Source: Octopus vulgaris
Lineage: Eukaryota
Reading direction: 5' to 3'
NCBI GenBank assembly: GCA_951406725.2
Contig: OX597827.1
Location: forward strand, 70,432,001 to 70,496,000
Length of the DNA: 64,000 nt
Shown: one piece after another, positions 40,553 to 53,824 of the stretch
Layout of the letters: each line of letters starts with the position of its first letter
Position numbering within the stretch: position 1 is the first letter of the stretch
Program-made: the position numbers and the translations under genes
Notes under the pieces: generated by a model
What the model was told of the DNA's origin: nothing
Database searches by the model: none
Seen by the model: the letters and a program-made list of their open reading frames with translations, nothing else

Positions 40553-40780
40553 TTGGGACTCATGGAGGCAAAATGGTTGAGTTTCTTTTGAGTGTTGGGC
40601 CTCACAGAGGCAAAGTGGTTGAGTTCCTTTTGAGTGTTGGGCCCCACAGAGGCAAAGTGGTTGAGTTCCTTTTGAGCGTTGGGCCCCACAGAGGCAAAGT
40701 GGTTGAGTTCCTTTTGAGTGTTAGGCCTCACAGAGGCAAAGTGATTGAGTTCCTTTCGAGTATTGGGCCTCACAGAGGCA
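40553..40780 (+). repeat. 42-bp tandem repeat, ~5.5 copies
   Basis: Unit CACAGAGGCAAAGTGGTTGAGTTCCTTTTGAGTGTTGGGCCC. Confidence 0.95.
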
Positions 40781-41024
40781 ATGACTGAGATCTTTGGCAT
40801 TATGTTGTGCTTGAAAAGAAGGCCCATCAAGCCGAACAAAATCGCAGTCGTGGCACCCATGCCGGTGGCATGTAAAAGCACCCATTACACTCTTGGAGTG
40901 GTTGGTGTTAGGATGGCATCCAACTGTAGAAAATCATAGCAAATCGGACTGGAGTCTGGTGCAGCCTTCCAGCTTTGCCAACCCTGGTCAAACCATCCAA
41001 CCCATGCCAGTATGTACAACAGAT

Positions 41025-41986
41025 ACTCTTTACTCTTTAACTTGTTTCAGTCATTTGACTGCGGCCATGCTGGAGCACTGCCTTTAGTCGAGCAAATCGA
41101 CTCCAGGACTTCTTCTTTGTAAGCCTAGTACTTATTCTGTCGGTATCTTTTGCTGAACCGCTAAGTTACGTGGACGTAAACACACCAGCATCGGTTGTCA
41201 AGTGATGTTGGGGGAACAAACACACACATACAAACACACACACACATATATATATATATATGTATACATATACGACAGGCTTCTTTTAGTTTCCGTCTAC
41301 CTAATCCACTCACAAGGCTTTGGTCAGCCCGAGGCTATAGTAGAAGACACTTGTCCAAGGTACCATGCAGTGGGACTGAACCCGGAACCATGTGGTTGGT
41401 AAGCAAGCTACTTACCACACAGCTACTCCTGCACCAGATGTTAAATGATGAGGATGATGATGTATTGCAAGAAACACCTAGGTTTCTTTCTGAAACATTT
41501 TACATGGATTAACATGCTTCCGACCACTGAAACATGTCCTCTTAGAGAGTTCTATTGCAAACCGACACAGATAGGCGCAGGAGTGGCTGTGTGGTAAGTA
41601 GCTTGCTTACCAACCACATAGTTCCGGGTTCAGTCCCACTGCGTGGCACCTTGGGCAAGTGTCTTCTACTATAGCCTTGGGCCGACCAAAGCCTTGTGAG
41701 TGGATTTGGTAGATGGAAACTGAAAGAAGCCCGTCGTATATGTATGTATGTGTGCGTGTATGTTTGTGTGTCTGTGTTTGTCCCCCTAGCATTGCTTGAC
41801 AACCGATGCTGGTGTGTTTATTTCCCCGATACTTAGCGGTTCGGCAAAAGAGACTGACAGAATAAGTACTGGGCTTACAAAGAATAAGTCCCGGGGTCGA
41901 GTTGCTCGATTAAAGGCAGTGCTCCAGCGTGGCCGCAGTCAAATGACTGAAACAAGTAAAAAGAGTAAAAAAGAGTAAAAAGAGTA
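41025..41986. mobile_element. Head-to-head inverted pair of full-length SINE A copies (41025-41434 -, 41574-41986 +)
   Basis: Both copies show complete head and tail; spacer ~140 bp. Confidence 0.85.
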
Positions 41987-42818
41987 AGTGATTATGTGAA
42001 AAACAAAATAGGAATTTTGAAAGAAGTATTTATAAAACCAGTTTTTAACTCTTTAGCGTTCAAATTATTCCGTTAAATGTAATGCTTATTTATTCATATT
42101 GTTTTCAATTAATTATGAATTATCTCATAGCTTTGAGATTTTTGATGATGTAATTGTTTATATTTAGAATGACATTGTAGGATAGGTGCGAGAGGCCAGA
42201 TCAGGTTGGTTTAAACCTAAATCAGGTAGGATGTTTTGGCCAGATATAGTCAGTTTAAATGCTAAAGGATTAATCATTGAATGCCTATGGTGGGGTCCAC
42301 CAGAATAAAATAGTATGAAAGGGACCCATGGTTAAAAAAAAAAAGCATTAGTGAACCACTGATGTTGAGACTCTTTCACTGATTTATTATTAAAGTATGT
42401 TAAAGTAAGCATAAGTATGGCTATGTGGGTAAGATGTTTTGTTTTGTGATCACATGGGTTTAGGGTTCAGTTCCACCATGTGGTACCTTGACCAAGTGTC
42501 TTCTATAGTCTCAAATTGACCTCTGTTTTGTGAGTGAATTTGGTAGAATGAAAGTGTACAGAAGCATTGTGTGTGTGTGTGTGTGTGTGTTTATCTTTTT
42601 TTTTTTTTTGTTGGTGCAGTTATTGGACTGCAACCATGTTAGAGTCTTGAAGAGTTTAGTCAAATGAATCAATACAATTAATTTTTTTTAAGCCTGGTAT
42701 TTACTCTTTTGATGTCTTTTGCCAAACTGCAAGTTACACAGATGTAAACAAACCAACACTGGTTGTCAAGCAATTGTAGGACACCCACACGCACACTCAC
42801 ACATGCACACCCACATGC

Positions 42819-42853
<35 letters not shown>

Positions 42854-44571
42854 CACACACACATTGGGTTTCTTTCAGTTTCCGTCTACCAAATCCACTC
42901 ACAAACTTCAGTCAGCCTAGGTCTATAGTAGAAGACACTTGCCCAAGGTGCCAAACAGTGGGACTGAACCTGGAACCGTGTAGTTGGGAAGCATAGATGT
43001 GTGTTTGTATGTCTTCACATTGAGATCATTTGAGCAGCTCTGATGCTTACGCATGTCCCACAGCTCAGCGGTTCATCATGCAAAAATGATGACGATGATG
43101 TGTGGCTGAGTTTCATTTCATTTTCCCTATATTCTTTAAGATATGACAGACCTTTTTTCCCTTTAACCCTTTAGTGTTTAAACCGGCCATTACCGGCTAA
43201 AATATTCTACCTATTTTATGTTCAAACTAGTCAGATATGGTCATTCATAGCTACCTTATTGTGTCGTTTTAAAAATAAACAATCACATCATTGAAATCTC
43301 AAAGTCATGAAATGATGCAAGATTAATTTTACAGGGTGTGAATATATAAGCTTTACATTTGACAGAAGAATCTGAATGTTAAAGGGTTAAAGAACCATTT
43401 CTTTCAATTTTGCTGCACCATCATCATCATCATCATCATCATTGCTTTAATGTCCGCTTTTCCACACTTCCTTAGATTGGGTGGAATTTTGTTGATGGAT
43501 TTTCTATGGCTGGATGCCCTTCCATCTGCCAAACTCTCTCCTATTCACCTTTTTGTACCTTGAAAGTATGCTCTGACACTTCCTCTCCACCAATTTTATC
43601 TCCTTTTCTAGCTCCATCTCAGTTACTCCCACCCACCCTTAGATAACGTAGGGTAGCCCTGTATTTCTTCTATAGCAGCAAAACCATTTCTTATCCCTCT
43701 ATGATGCTTTAACTTCTTAACACACAACACAATGCCATCTTCTTCCCTGAAGGGGGGCTGTTTTGTCTTGCAAATTATATTGTGACCAAGTAAGGTTATT
43801 TTTCCCTGTAGCTAACTCGAAATGTATCCACAGAAGACGTGAAATGAAGGGTACTGTTGTTGTTTATCCCTTATTCTTTGATGGAAGACATTCCATTTAT
43901 AACAATCCTGTCTTTTTTATCTTTCATTTTTCAGACATTGCATTAAAGAACACAGTATATAACATGTCTTTTCTTTCCTAAGTTTGATTCGAGGGAGATT
44001 TGGTTGCTATTTCTAGCAGGTTGTGATCGAGTGATCTTATAGATCACGGCCACAGTCAAATGACTGAAACAAGTAAAAGAGTATATCTTTTGCCAATGTA
44101 TATTAGGGAAAGATGTAAATATAATATTTTATTTGCTTCAGTCATGGGACTATGGCTGGGCACTGCCTTGAAGGGTTTTCCTCATCATTATCATCATCAT
44201 CATTTAATGTCCTCATTCCATGCTAGCATGGGTTGGACGATTTGACTGAGGTCTGGCGAACCAGACTCCAATCTGATCTGGCAGAGTTTCTACAGCTGGA
44301 TGCCCTTCATAACGCCAACAAATCAACCCTAGAAAATTTGTTAGGTTTTTTCAAGCCTGGTGCTTATTCTATCCATGTCTTTTGCTACCCAACTAAGTTA
44401 TGAGGACATAAACAAACCAACACAGATTGTCAAGCCCTGGGGGGGTAGGGTAATAAACACAAACAAACATGAGTGTAAGTATGCATGCGCACACACAAGC
44501 ATGTGATGGGTTTCTGTACAATTTCCATCTAGCAAATTTACTCACGAGGTGTTGATCGACCCTGGGGCTAA

Positions 44572-45155
44572 ACGTTAGCATGCTGGGTGAAATGTGTAGC
44601 CATATTTCGTCTGCCGTTACGTTCTGGGTTCAAATTCCGCTGAGGTTGACTTTGCCTTTCGTCCTTTCGGGGTCGATAAATTAAGTACCAGTTGTGCACT
44701 GGGGTCGATGTAATCGACTTAATCCATTTGTCTGTCCTTGTTTGTCCTCTCTGTGTTTAGCCCCTTGTGGGTAGTAAAGAAATAGGTATTTTGTCTGCCG
44801 CTACGTTCTGAGTTCAAATTCCACCGAGGTCGACTTTGCCTTTCATCCTTTCGGGATCGATAAATTAAGTACCAGTTGTGCACTGGGGTCGATGTAATCG
44901 ACTTAATCCATTTGTCTGTCCCTGTTTGTCCTCTCTGTGTTTAGCCCCTTGTGGGTAGTAAAGAAATAGGTATTTTGTCTGCCGCTACGTTCTGAGTTCA
45001 AATTCCACCGAGGTCGACTTTGCCTTTCATCCTTTCGGGGTCGATTAAATAATAAGTACCAGTTGTGCACTGGGGTCGATGTAATCGACTTAATCCGTTT
45101 GTCTGTCCTTGTTTGTCCCCTCTGTGTGTTTAGCCCCTTGTGGGTAGTAAAGAAA
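44572..45155 (+). mobile_element. SINE B trimer
   Basis: Three ~185-bp bodies with junction AAAGAAATA|GGTATTTTGTCTGCC. Confidence 0.85.
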
Positions 45156-45859
45156 TATATAGTAGAAGACAATTGCCCAATGTGCCATGCAGTAGGATTG
45201 AAACTGAAACGGCATGGCTTTGCAAAGCAAGCTTCTTAACCACACAGCCATGCCTGCAGCTTGGTGAGAAAAAGAAAAAGAAAAAAACAAAACACAGGAA
45301 ACAGAAAACCGGGTACTATTAAACACAATGCATGCTGTGTTGTGTTTGTTTTTGCCAAGTTAGACAATCCCTCATGACTCTCACCATAAAAAATGCAGCG
45401 AACCAGTTATTGGCCCTTCCAAAAAACCTGTAACCAACTGTGTTATTTATTGATCACGAAACAAGACATAAAATAAAAAGGCCATAAAACTAAACGAACA
45501 ACAAAAATATTTTTTAGAACCCCCAAAAAAAAACACTAAAAACAAAAACAAAACAAAAACAAAGCAACAAACTACATAAAACAATAAGTTTTGATCTGTG
45601 GCCAAACAAGGCATTGATTGGTTATCAGTTTGTGTGTTGATTGGAGGAAAAACTTCCCAATCAGTTTCCCCCTAATTGATACGGGTTGTGGGAAGTTGGC
45701 CGACGGAAAAACATTGGTTTTGATTTTTAGTTATGTTCTTGTTAGATGTTTTTTTTTAAACTTTTCTTTTCTTTTTTGCATTTTCTTTTTTCTGTTCTTT
45801 TTCTGGCAGAATTTATTGTTTCTTGTTACTTTTGCCATATTTCCGATTTCCTTTTTACA

Positions 45860-46860
45860 TTTATTCTCCCTCTCTCTATTTCTCTCTCTCTCTACCTCTC
45901 ATGTTCTCTTTCTTTCTTTTCGTCTCTCTCTCTTTCTTTCTATCTCTCATGTTCTCTTCCTTTCTTTTCGTCTCTCTCTCTTTCTTCCTCTCTACCTATC
46001 TTTCTTTCTTTTCCTCTCTCTTTCTCATGTTCTCTTTCTTTTCCTCTTTCTCTTCCTCTCATGTTCTCTTCCTTTCTTTTCCTCTCTCTCTCTCTTCCTC
46101 TCTACCTATCTTTTTTTCCTCTCTCTCTCTCTACCTCTCATGTTCTCTTTCTTTCTTTTCCTCTTTCTCTCTTTCTCTCATGTTCTCTTTCTTTCCCTCT
46201 CTCTCTCCCTCTCTTTCTCTCCCAGTTACTTCTCCTTTCTTACTTGTTTCTTATCTTTATTTTCTCTCTCTCTCTCTCTCTCTCTTATTTGCTTTCTCTC
46301 TTTTTTCTCCTTGTTTTTGCTTCCCTCTGTTTTTCTCTCTTCATCATTGTCTCTCTCTTTCTCTGTCTATTTATCTTTATTTCTCTATCTCCCTATTTCT
46401 ATGTCTATTTTTCTTTCTCTCTATTTCCCCTTCTCTCTTTCTCAGTCTTTCTGCCTATCTACCTTTCATTCTCTGTGTCTCTCTTTTTCTGTCTATCTAG
46501 CTTTCTCTCTCTCTCCCATCACTCTCCCTCTCTTCCTCACTCTCCTTTCTCTCTCTTCCTCACTCTCCTTTCTCTCTCTCTCACTCTCTTTTCCCTCTCT
46601 CTCCTTCACTCTCCTTTCCCTTTCTCTCCCTCACTCTCCTTTCTCTCTCTCTCACTCTCCTTTCTCTCTCTCCCTCACTTTCCTTTCTCTCTCTCCCTCA
46701 CTCTCCTTTCTCTCCCCCTCACTCTCCTTTCTCTCTCTCCCTCACTCTCCTTTCTCTCCCCCATCACTCTCCTTTCTCTCTCCTCTCTCTCTATTCCTCT
46801 TGCACTCTTTCTCTGTCTGTCACTACCCCTGTCTCCTTACTCCTCCTTTCAAACTGCCTT
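45860..46860. repeat. ~1-kb polypyrimidine (CT-rich) low-complexity tract; similar tracts at 38610-38820 and 39570-39872
   Basis: Direct reading. Confidence 0.95.
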
Positions 46861-47267
46861 GACCACTGTCCATGCCACCACCACTACCATCACCATTACC
46901 ACCAAACAATCACAGCTCTCTCTCTCTCTGTCCATCCCCTCACAGCCAGTTTATCTCTTGGTCTGGCTGAAACACTTCCTGCTAACCCTAGCCCTAACCC
47001 AACCCCAGTTACTTTATCCAAATGTTAGGTTTACCACAACAAACAGGTTGGTGTTACAGGCTGTTTGGTAGGTTTGCTGGCTGGTTAAATGCTTCATGGG
47101 TCGGGATGAATGTTTAGCTTCAGACACTAATAGCTGGATAGCGACCGGTCTTGTGTGGATGTGTGTGTGCATAATATCCTATTATATTATATTAAATACT
47201 CTGGAATTGCAGAGATGTACTTGCATAGCAAGTGACCTGATCTGAGATCGTGTGCTGTAACAAAAAC

Positions 47268-47445
47268 AATTGCAGCATGGAAGGTGTTTATAAGCTATTT
47301 AAAAACACAAAAATCGTTAGATTCACGTCAACATTTAATTTTAATTTCTCAAAATATTTTGACAAATTAACTTTTAATGTTGAAGTGAATCTAACGATTT
47401 TTGTGTATTTTTAAATGGCTTATAAACACATTCCAAGCTGCAATT
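47268..47445. repeat. ~178-bp spacerless imperfect palindrome centred on CAAAAT|ATTTTG
   Basis: AATTGCAGC..ATCGTTAGATTCAC.. / ..GTGAATCTAACGAT..GCTGCAATT. Confidence 0.85.
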
Positions 47446-48500
47446 AAATATTCTATTATAATTAAATATCAGGAGTTGCATAAAAATAAATTGTTATAAT
47501 ATTTTGCCCATTGTAGAAGTATAACCCATTTTATTGAGTATAAATTCTAACAACAAAATCTTATGTGGGCCCTTCCAAGTGCCATATGGACCCCACTTGA
47601 GAACCACTGCTGTAGAGTTTGTTTTAAAACAGTGACAGGCATAGGAGTGGCTGTGTGGTAAGAAGCTTGCTTACCAACCATATGGTTCCGAGTTCAGTCC
47701 CACTGCATGGCACCTTTGGCAAATGTCTTCTACTATAGCCTTGGGCCGACCAAAGCCTTGTGAGTGGAATTGCTAGACGGACACTGACAGAAGCCCGTTG
47801 TATATGTGTGTGTGTGTGTGTATATGTGTTTGTGTGTCTGTGTTTGACCCCCCCACCAACATTGCTTGACAAAAGAGACCGATAGAATAAGTACTAGGCT
47901 TACAAAGAATAAGTCCTGGGGTCGATTTGCTCAACTAAAGGTGGTGTTACAGCATGGCCACAGTCAAATGAATGAAACAAGTAAAAGAGTAAAACAGAGT
48001 AAAAGAGTAAAACAGAGTAAAAGAGTAATAGTCCCAGGCCAAGTAGTGCCTTGTGAGTGAATCTGGCAGGCAGAAACTGTGTGGAAGCCTGTTCTATATA
48101 CGTATATATGTTTGTTTGTTTGTTTGTTCCACTACCACTTGAATTTGCAAGCATGAATAATGAGTTCGGTCTTGTCATCAGAGAAAGTACACATATAGGG
48201 AAAGCTCACCATCATCAATTCACCACTAAAGCACTACATACTTTACCTATGCATTCTATGGCATCTCTACTTGCAGGGGGTGTAGAAAAGAATGTGCATT
48301 GGGAAGTGGCCTGAAACGTCTCATAAAAGTTTACCAAAACCGTTATTGTAACACCTACTGTAAGAGGCGCCCATCATTGCTGCATTTTTGTAAAAGAGGG
48401 CAAGTCCCGAGCAGGACTGGAAAATCCACGTCCATGTCGTTGATGTTTAAGAGAATAATTAAGTGATGGCTGGCTTAACTCGAAATCAAGTTGCAACCAT

Positions 48501-48563
<63 letters not shown>

Positions 48564-48889
48564 ATGGGAGTTTGTGTTCTCATTAGTGGAAAATTATTTA
48601 AAGTATCCGTACCACCAGTTTTGATAAAAGCTGGAGGAAATGGTTACCATTACACCCACACATACATATGCACACACAGACACAACACATACTGTACTTC
48701 CACACACACACACACACAGCTCATATGCACCACGTGCACATACACAATTAATGAATGTCAGCTTTTCTCACCTTCATTAATCTTCCACAAGTACAGTGGC
48801 ATTTAGATTAATCTCATAAACACTAATTGCTTCTTAAAGACTTGGCCTTTATTTTGTTTATTATTGTTAGACTATTATTATTATTATTA

Positions 48890-48955
<66 letters not shown>

Positions 48956-49514
48956 GTTGCTGTTACTGTTGTAATTGTTCAGGGAGACAGATGGTAAAAT
49001 TAATAGAGAGCGGTGCACAAAATATTTGCAGGCATAGGAATGTGGTTAAGATGTTTGGTTCTTCAATCAGGTGGCTGCAGGTTCAATTTCTCCGCAGTCT
49101 GCCATGGACAAGGGTCTTCTGCTGTAGCCTTGTCTTGATCTTATTCCTGTGAATGAAATTTAATTGACAAAAGCAACTTGGGCAAGTATCTTCTACTATA
49201 GCCTAGGGCCGACCAAAGCCTTGTGAGTAGATTTGGTAGACGGAAACTGAAAGAAGCCCATCACATATATGTATATGTATATATATGTGTGTGTTTGTGT
49301 CTGTGTTTGTCCCCCCAACATCGCTTGACAACCGATGCTGGTGTGTTTACGTCCCCGTAACTTAGTGGTTCAGCAGAAAGAGACCGATAGAATAAGTACT
49401 AGGCTTACAAAGAATAAGTCCTGGGGTCGATTTGCTCGACTAAAGGCGGTGCTCCAGTATGGCCATGGTCAAATGACTGAAACAAGTAAAAGAGTAAATT
49501 ATTATTATTATTTA

Positions 49515-49995
49515 TAGTTTCTTTTCATTATAACTTTATTTCAGCTGCCTTAGTATCAGGCATCCTCCTGAGGCCAAGAGTAGCAAGGGCACTTTTGTTT
49601 TGCTATGCATGCTAAAATTATCACCACATTTATTTCATTTTAGATGGAGAGTGCTTTCCGTAGTATATGGGCTATACTCAATAAGGTTATCTTTTGTAGT
49701 TCACAGAGATTGGAGTTACCAGGGAGTTGCTAAATGTACTTCTGAGCTCCCTTGTTTATCATTCCCAATGCACCAATTATTACTGGTATTATTGTAATAC
49801 TAAGCTTCCACATTTTTGTGATTTCAATTTGCAGAATTTTATAGTGAGAAAGCTTTTTGTATTCCTTTCTTGAGACATTTTGTTCTTGTGGGACAGACAT
49901 ATCTATTAACAGACAAATTCCTCTGTTGTAGTCCTTGATCACAATGTCTGGTCAACTGGAATTAATTTTTCTCTCCGTTTGTATTGGGAAGTTCA
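49515..49995 (-). mobile_element. R4/Dong-clade non-LTR retrotransposon 3' fragment (restriction-like endonuclease domain)
   Basis: PDIVIKD..CLLIDMSVP..KEYKKLSHY..EITKMW..IIPVIIGALG..LQKITLL..HILRKALSI*; flanked by (TAT)n. Confidence 0.85.
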
Positions 49996-51791
49996 AATTA
50001 TTATTATTATCATTAATAATAATAATAATAATAATATTGTTGTTATTACTACTACTGAACTAGTTAACTAATTAACCAATTAACAAATGAGCACTAGTGA
50101 GGTCATCAAGTACTTGCAAGACAGAATTCCCTCCCTCCCAACTGAGTGGAGTATAAGTATAGAAAGATGGAAAAGTAAGATATAAAATAAAAAATAAAAT
50201 AAAATAAAGCAATAGGTAAGTCCCTAGTCAGTTGTGTTTGAACAGACCTATAACCAAAGGCGTTCCATCCATGACCATCCTGTTTTTTTTTCCAGGCATT
50301 GTGTAAACCAATGTTAGCTGCACCCTTTTTCCCTACGGCAGCATACTGGCTGAATCATTAACAGCATTTCATCCGTCTTCTTGTTCCAGGTTCAAATTCC
50401 GCTAAAGTCGACTTTGCCTTTTATCTCTATGGGGGTTGGCAAAATAAGTACCTGTTGAGCATTGGGGTTTCTGTAATCTTGAAATTGCTGGCCTTGTGCC
50501 GAATTTTGAAGCCAATGTTAGATGCACCCCAATTTCACCTGAGCAAATTCAGGAAAAAAGTGAGCATCAAGGACAAAATGAGCTAATGGGGGGCCCAGTG
50601 GAGGCACGTGGCTTAGTGGTTAGGGTGTTGGGCTCATGATCGTATGATTGTGGTTTCGATTCCTCGACCGAGTGACACATTGCATTCTTGAGCAAAACAC
50701 TTCATTTTAATTTGCCCCAGTTCACTCAGCTGGCAAAAATGAGTTATCCTGTGACAGACCGGTATCCTGTTCAGGTGGGGAATATATACACCACTGAAAC
50801 TGGGAGACTGACCCTTATGATTCAGTTTGACCTGAGGAGGAAACATTAAACTTCAACTTTTGAATGGGAAGGCCAACTTCACAGATTAGTCCTGGAGTGA
50901 TTTTCTTTTTCCTTTGAGACATTTTTTGGGGAAAAAAAGTGTGTTCTCTCTCTTTCTCTCTTTCACTTGTTTTAGTCATTTGACTGTGGCCATACTGGAG
51001 AACCGCCTTTAGTCAAGCAAGTCAACCCTAGGACTTATTATTTGTAAGCCTAGTACTTGTTCTATTGGTGTCTTTTGCCGAACTTCTAAATTACGTGGAC
51101 GTAAACACACCAGCATCGGTTGTCAAGCAATGTTGGTGGGGACAAACACAGACACAGAAACATATACACATATATACAACGGGCTTCTTTCAGTTTCCGT
51201 CTACCAAATCCACTCACAAGGTTTTGGCCGACCTGAGGCTATAGTAGAAGACACTTGCTGAAGGTGCCATACAGTGGGACTGAACCTGGAACCATGTGGT
51301 TTGTAAGCAAACTTCTTACCACACAGCCACTCCTATGCCTATATCTTTATATATCTTCAAATATAAGTCCTAATTGAACTGTGATCAAAGGCATTCCAGC
51401 CACGACCATTTTGTCTTTATCCCATATGTTAGGAATCCAGGACCACATTATCCAACGTGTATTTTACTAAAGACAGTAGGATGAGATTTCTGGGGTATCT
51501 GGCTGCTATTTCTAGCAAGCTAAGTGACCACATAAAGGCCTGTTGCTTTACCGAATTTTACTGTTATTAGTCATGTTGATGGTTCACTTCTTTGAATGTC
51601 AACTTTGTTATTGTTGTTGTTAATCCACTTGATCTGATTATGTATGCTGCAACAAACACTGAGTGCGGTTTACATCATGTAAAGTACAATTGAGCGAAAG
51701 TAATTCGCCTACACAACAGCTACTCTGAGTAAAAATGAATTCAAGATAGAAAGATTTCTCTATGTTCTGCCCTTGAACCCTTAGATTATTC

Positions 51792-52580
51792 TTATTTCTT
51801 TACTGCCCACAAGGGGCTACACACAGAGGGGACAAACAAGGACAGACAAAGGGATTAAGTCGATTACATCGACCCCAGTGCGTTTACTGGTACTTATTTA
51901 ATCGACCCCCGAAAGGATGAAAGGCAAAGTCGACCTTGGCGGAATTTGAACTCAGAATGTAATGACAGATGAAATACCTATTTCTTTACTGCCCACAAGG
52001 GGCTACACACAGAGGGGACAAACGAGGACAGACAAACGGATGAAGATGATTACATCGACCCCAGTGCACAACTGGTACGTAATTTATCGACCCCGAAAGG
52101 ATGAAAGGCAAAGTCGACCTCGGCGGAATTTGAACTCAGAACGTAATGGCAGATGAAATATCTATTTCTTTACTGCCCACAAGGGGATACACACAGAGGG
52201 GACAAACAAGGACAGACATAGGTATTAAGTCGATTATATCGACCCCAGTGCGTAACTGGTACTTATTTAATCGACCCCGAAAGGATGAAAGGCAAAGTCG
52301 ACGTCGGCGGAATTTGAACTCAGAACATAATGGCAGATGAAATACCTATTTCTTTACTGCCCACAAGGGGCTACACACAGAGGGGGCAAACAAGGACAGA
52401 CAAACGGATTAAGTCGATTATATCAGCACCAGTGCGTTTACTGGTACTTATTTAAATGCCCCCGAAAGGATGAAAGGCAAAGTCGACTTCGGCGGAATTT
52501 GAACTCAGAACGTAACGGCAGACGAAATCCGGCTATGCGTTTCGCCCAGCATGCTAACAGTTCTGCCAGCTCGCTGCCTT
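51792..52580 (-). mobile_element. SINE B tetramer within a single TSD
   Basis: Periods 186/184/184; one head at 52510-52580; TSD GAACCCTTAGAT(T/G)ATTC at 51775-51791 and 52581-52597. Confidence 0.9.
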
Positions 52581-53055
52581 GAACCCTTAGATGATTCCAT
52601 CAAATGTAATGCTCCTTTATTCGCATTTCTGAATCAATCAAACAGTATCTCAGAGCTTTGAAATTCCGATGATGTATTTACTCTTTTACTTGTTTCAGTC
52701 AGTTGGCTGTGGCCATGCTGGAGCACCGCCTTTTTTTTTAGTCGAGCAAATCGATCCCAGGACTTATTCTTTGTAAGCCTAGTGCTTATTCTATCGGTCT
52801 CTTTCGCCGAACCGCTAAGTTAGAGGGACGTAAACACACCAGCATCGGTTGTAAAGCGATGTTGGGGGGACAAACACAGGCACACAAACATACACACACA
52901 CACACATACATATATACAAAATGTGACCGCGTATGTACCATTGGCGATTTTTTTTCCCTCTGTCTTCCCTTCTCTGGATCTTTCCTGAGCGTCCAATAAT
53001 ACTATATTTGTTCCACGTCCTCGCGTTGTGTTTTTTTGTGCTTTCTTGTTTGGAT

Positions 53056-53118
<63 letters not shown>

Positions 53119-53635
53119 GATGGGCTTCTTTCAGTTTCCGTCTACCAAATCCACTCACAAGGCTTTGGTCGACCCGAGGTTATAGTAGAAGACGCTTGCC
53201 CAAGGTGCCACGCAGTGGGAGCTGAACCCGGAACCATGTGGTTCGTAAGCAAGCTACTTACCACACAGCCACTCCTACACCTATTTGTTATTTTTAGAAT
53301 GACATTATGGGGTTAGCGTGAGAGGCTGGATCTGACCAGTTTGAACATAAAACAGGTAGAATATACATGGAAAGCAGATGTTAAATGATCATGATGATGA
53401 TGATGATGATTAAGCTAGCAAGCAAGCAGAATCGGTAGCACGCTGGGCAAAATACTTACTTAGCGGCATTCCATCTGTTGCTGTATTCTGAGTTCAAATT
53501 CCGCCAAGGTTGACTTTACCTTTCATCCTTTCAAGTTCGATGCAGTTGAACATTGGGTTCGATGCAATCGATTAGTCCGCTCCCCACCAAAATTTCTGGC
53601 CTTGTGCCTATAGTAGTAAGGATTATCATCATCAT

Positions 53636-53662
53636 TACTACTACTACTACTACTACTACTAC

Positions 53663-53701
<39 letters not shown>

Positions 53702-53774
53702 TAATAATTTTCAACTAGCAATAACCACGCCTCCAATGAGGTAAATCCGAGGCTTGGTTATTGCTAGTTGAAAA

Positions 53775-53807
<33 letters not shown>

Positions 53808-53824
53808 GTAGTAGTAGTAGTAGT
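53636..53824. repeat. Fold-back: (CTA)n(ATA)n plus a 26-bp arm and its inverse
   Basis: TTTTCAACTAGCAATAACCACGCCTC / GAGGCTTGGTTATTGCTAGTTGAAAA with mirrored microsatellites. Confidence 0.85.

Noticed and set aside
46982-47006. Interstitial telomeric repeat CTAACCCTAGCCCTAACCC
   Set aside because: Only about three degenerate units.
45618-47071. 414-aa and 441-aa Leu/Ser/Phe-rich ORFs
   Set aside because: CT-rich tracts lack stop codons by composition.
48277-48360. Candidate plus-strand exon (TTGCAG..T|GTAAG)
   Set aside because: Peptide unrecognisable, weak donor context and no partner exons.
52918-53060. ~140-bp insert inside a SINE A linker, possibly a PLE-type fragment
   Set aside because: No HHR core, ORF or diagnostic termini in this copy; left unclassified.
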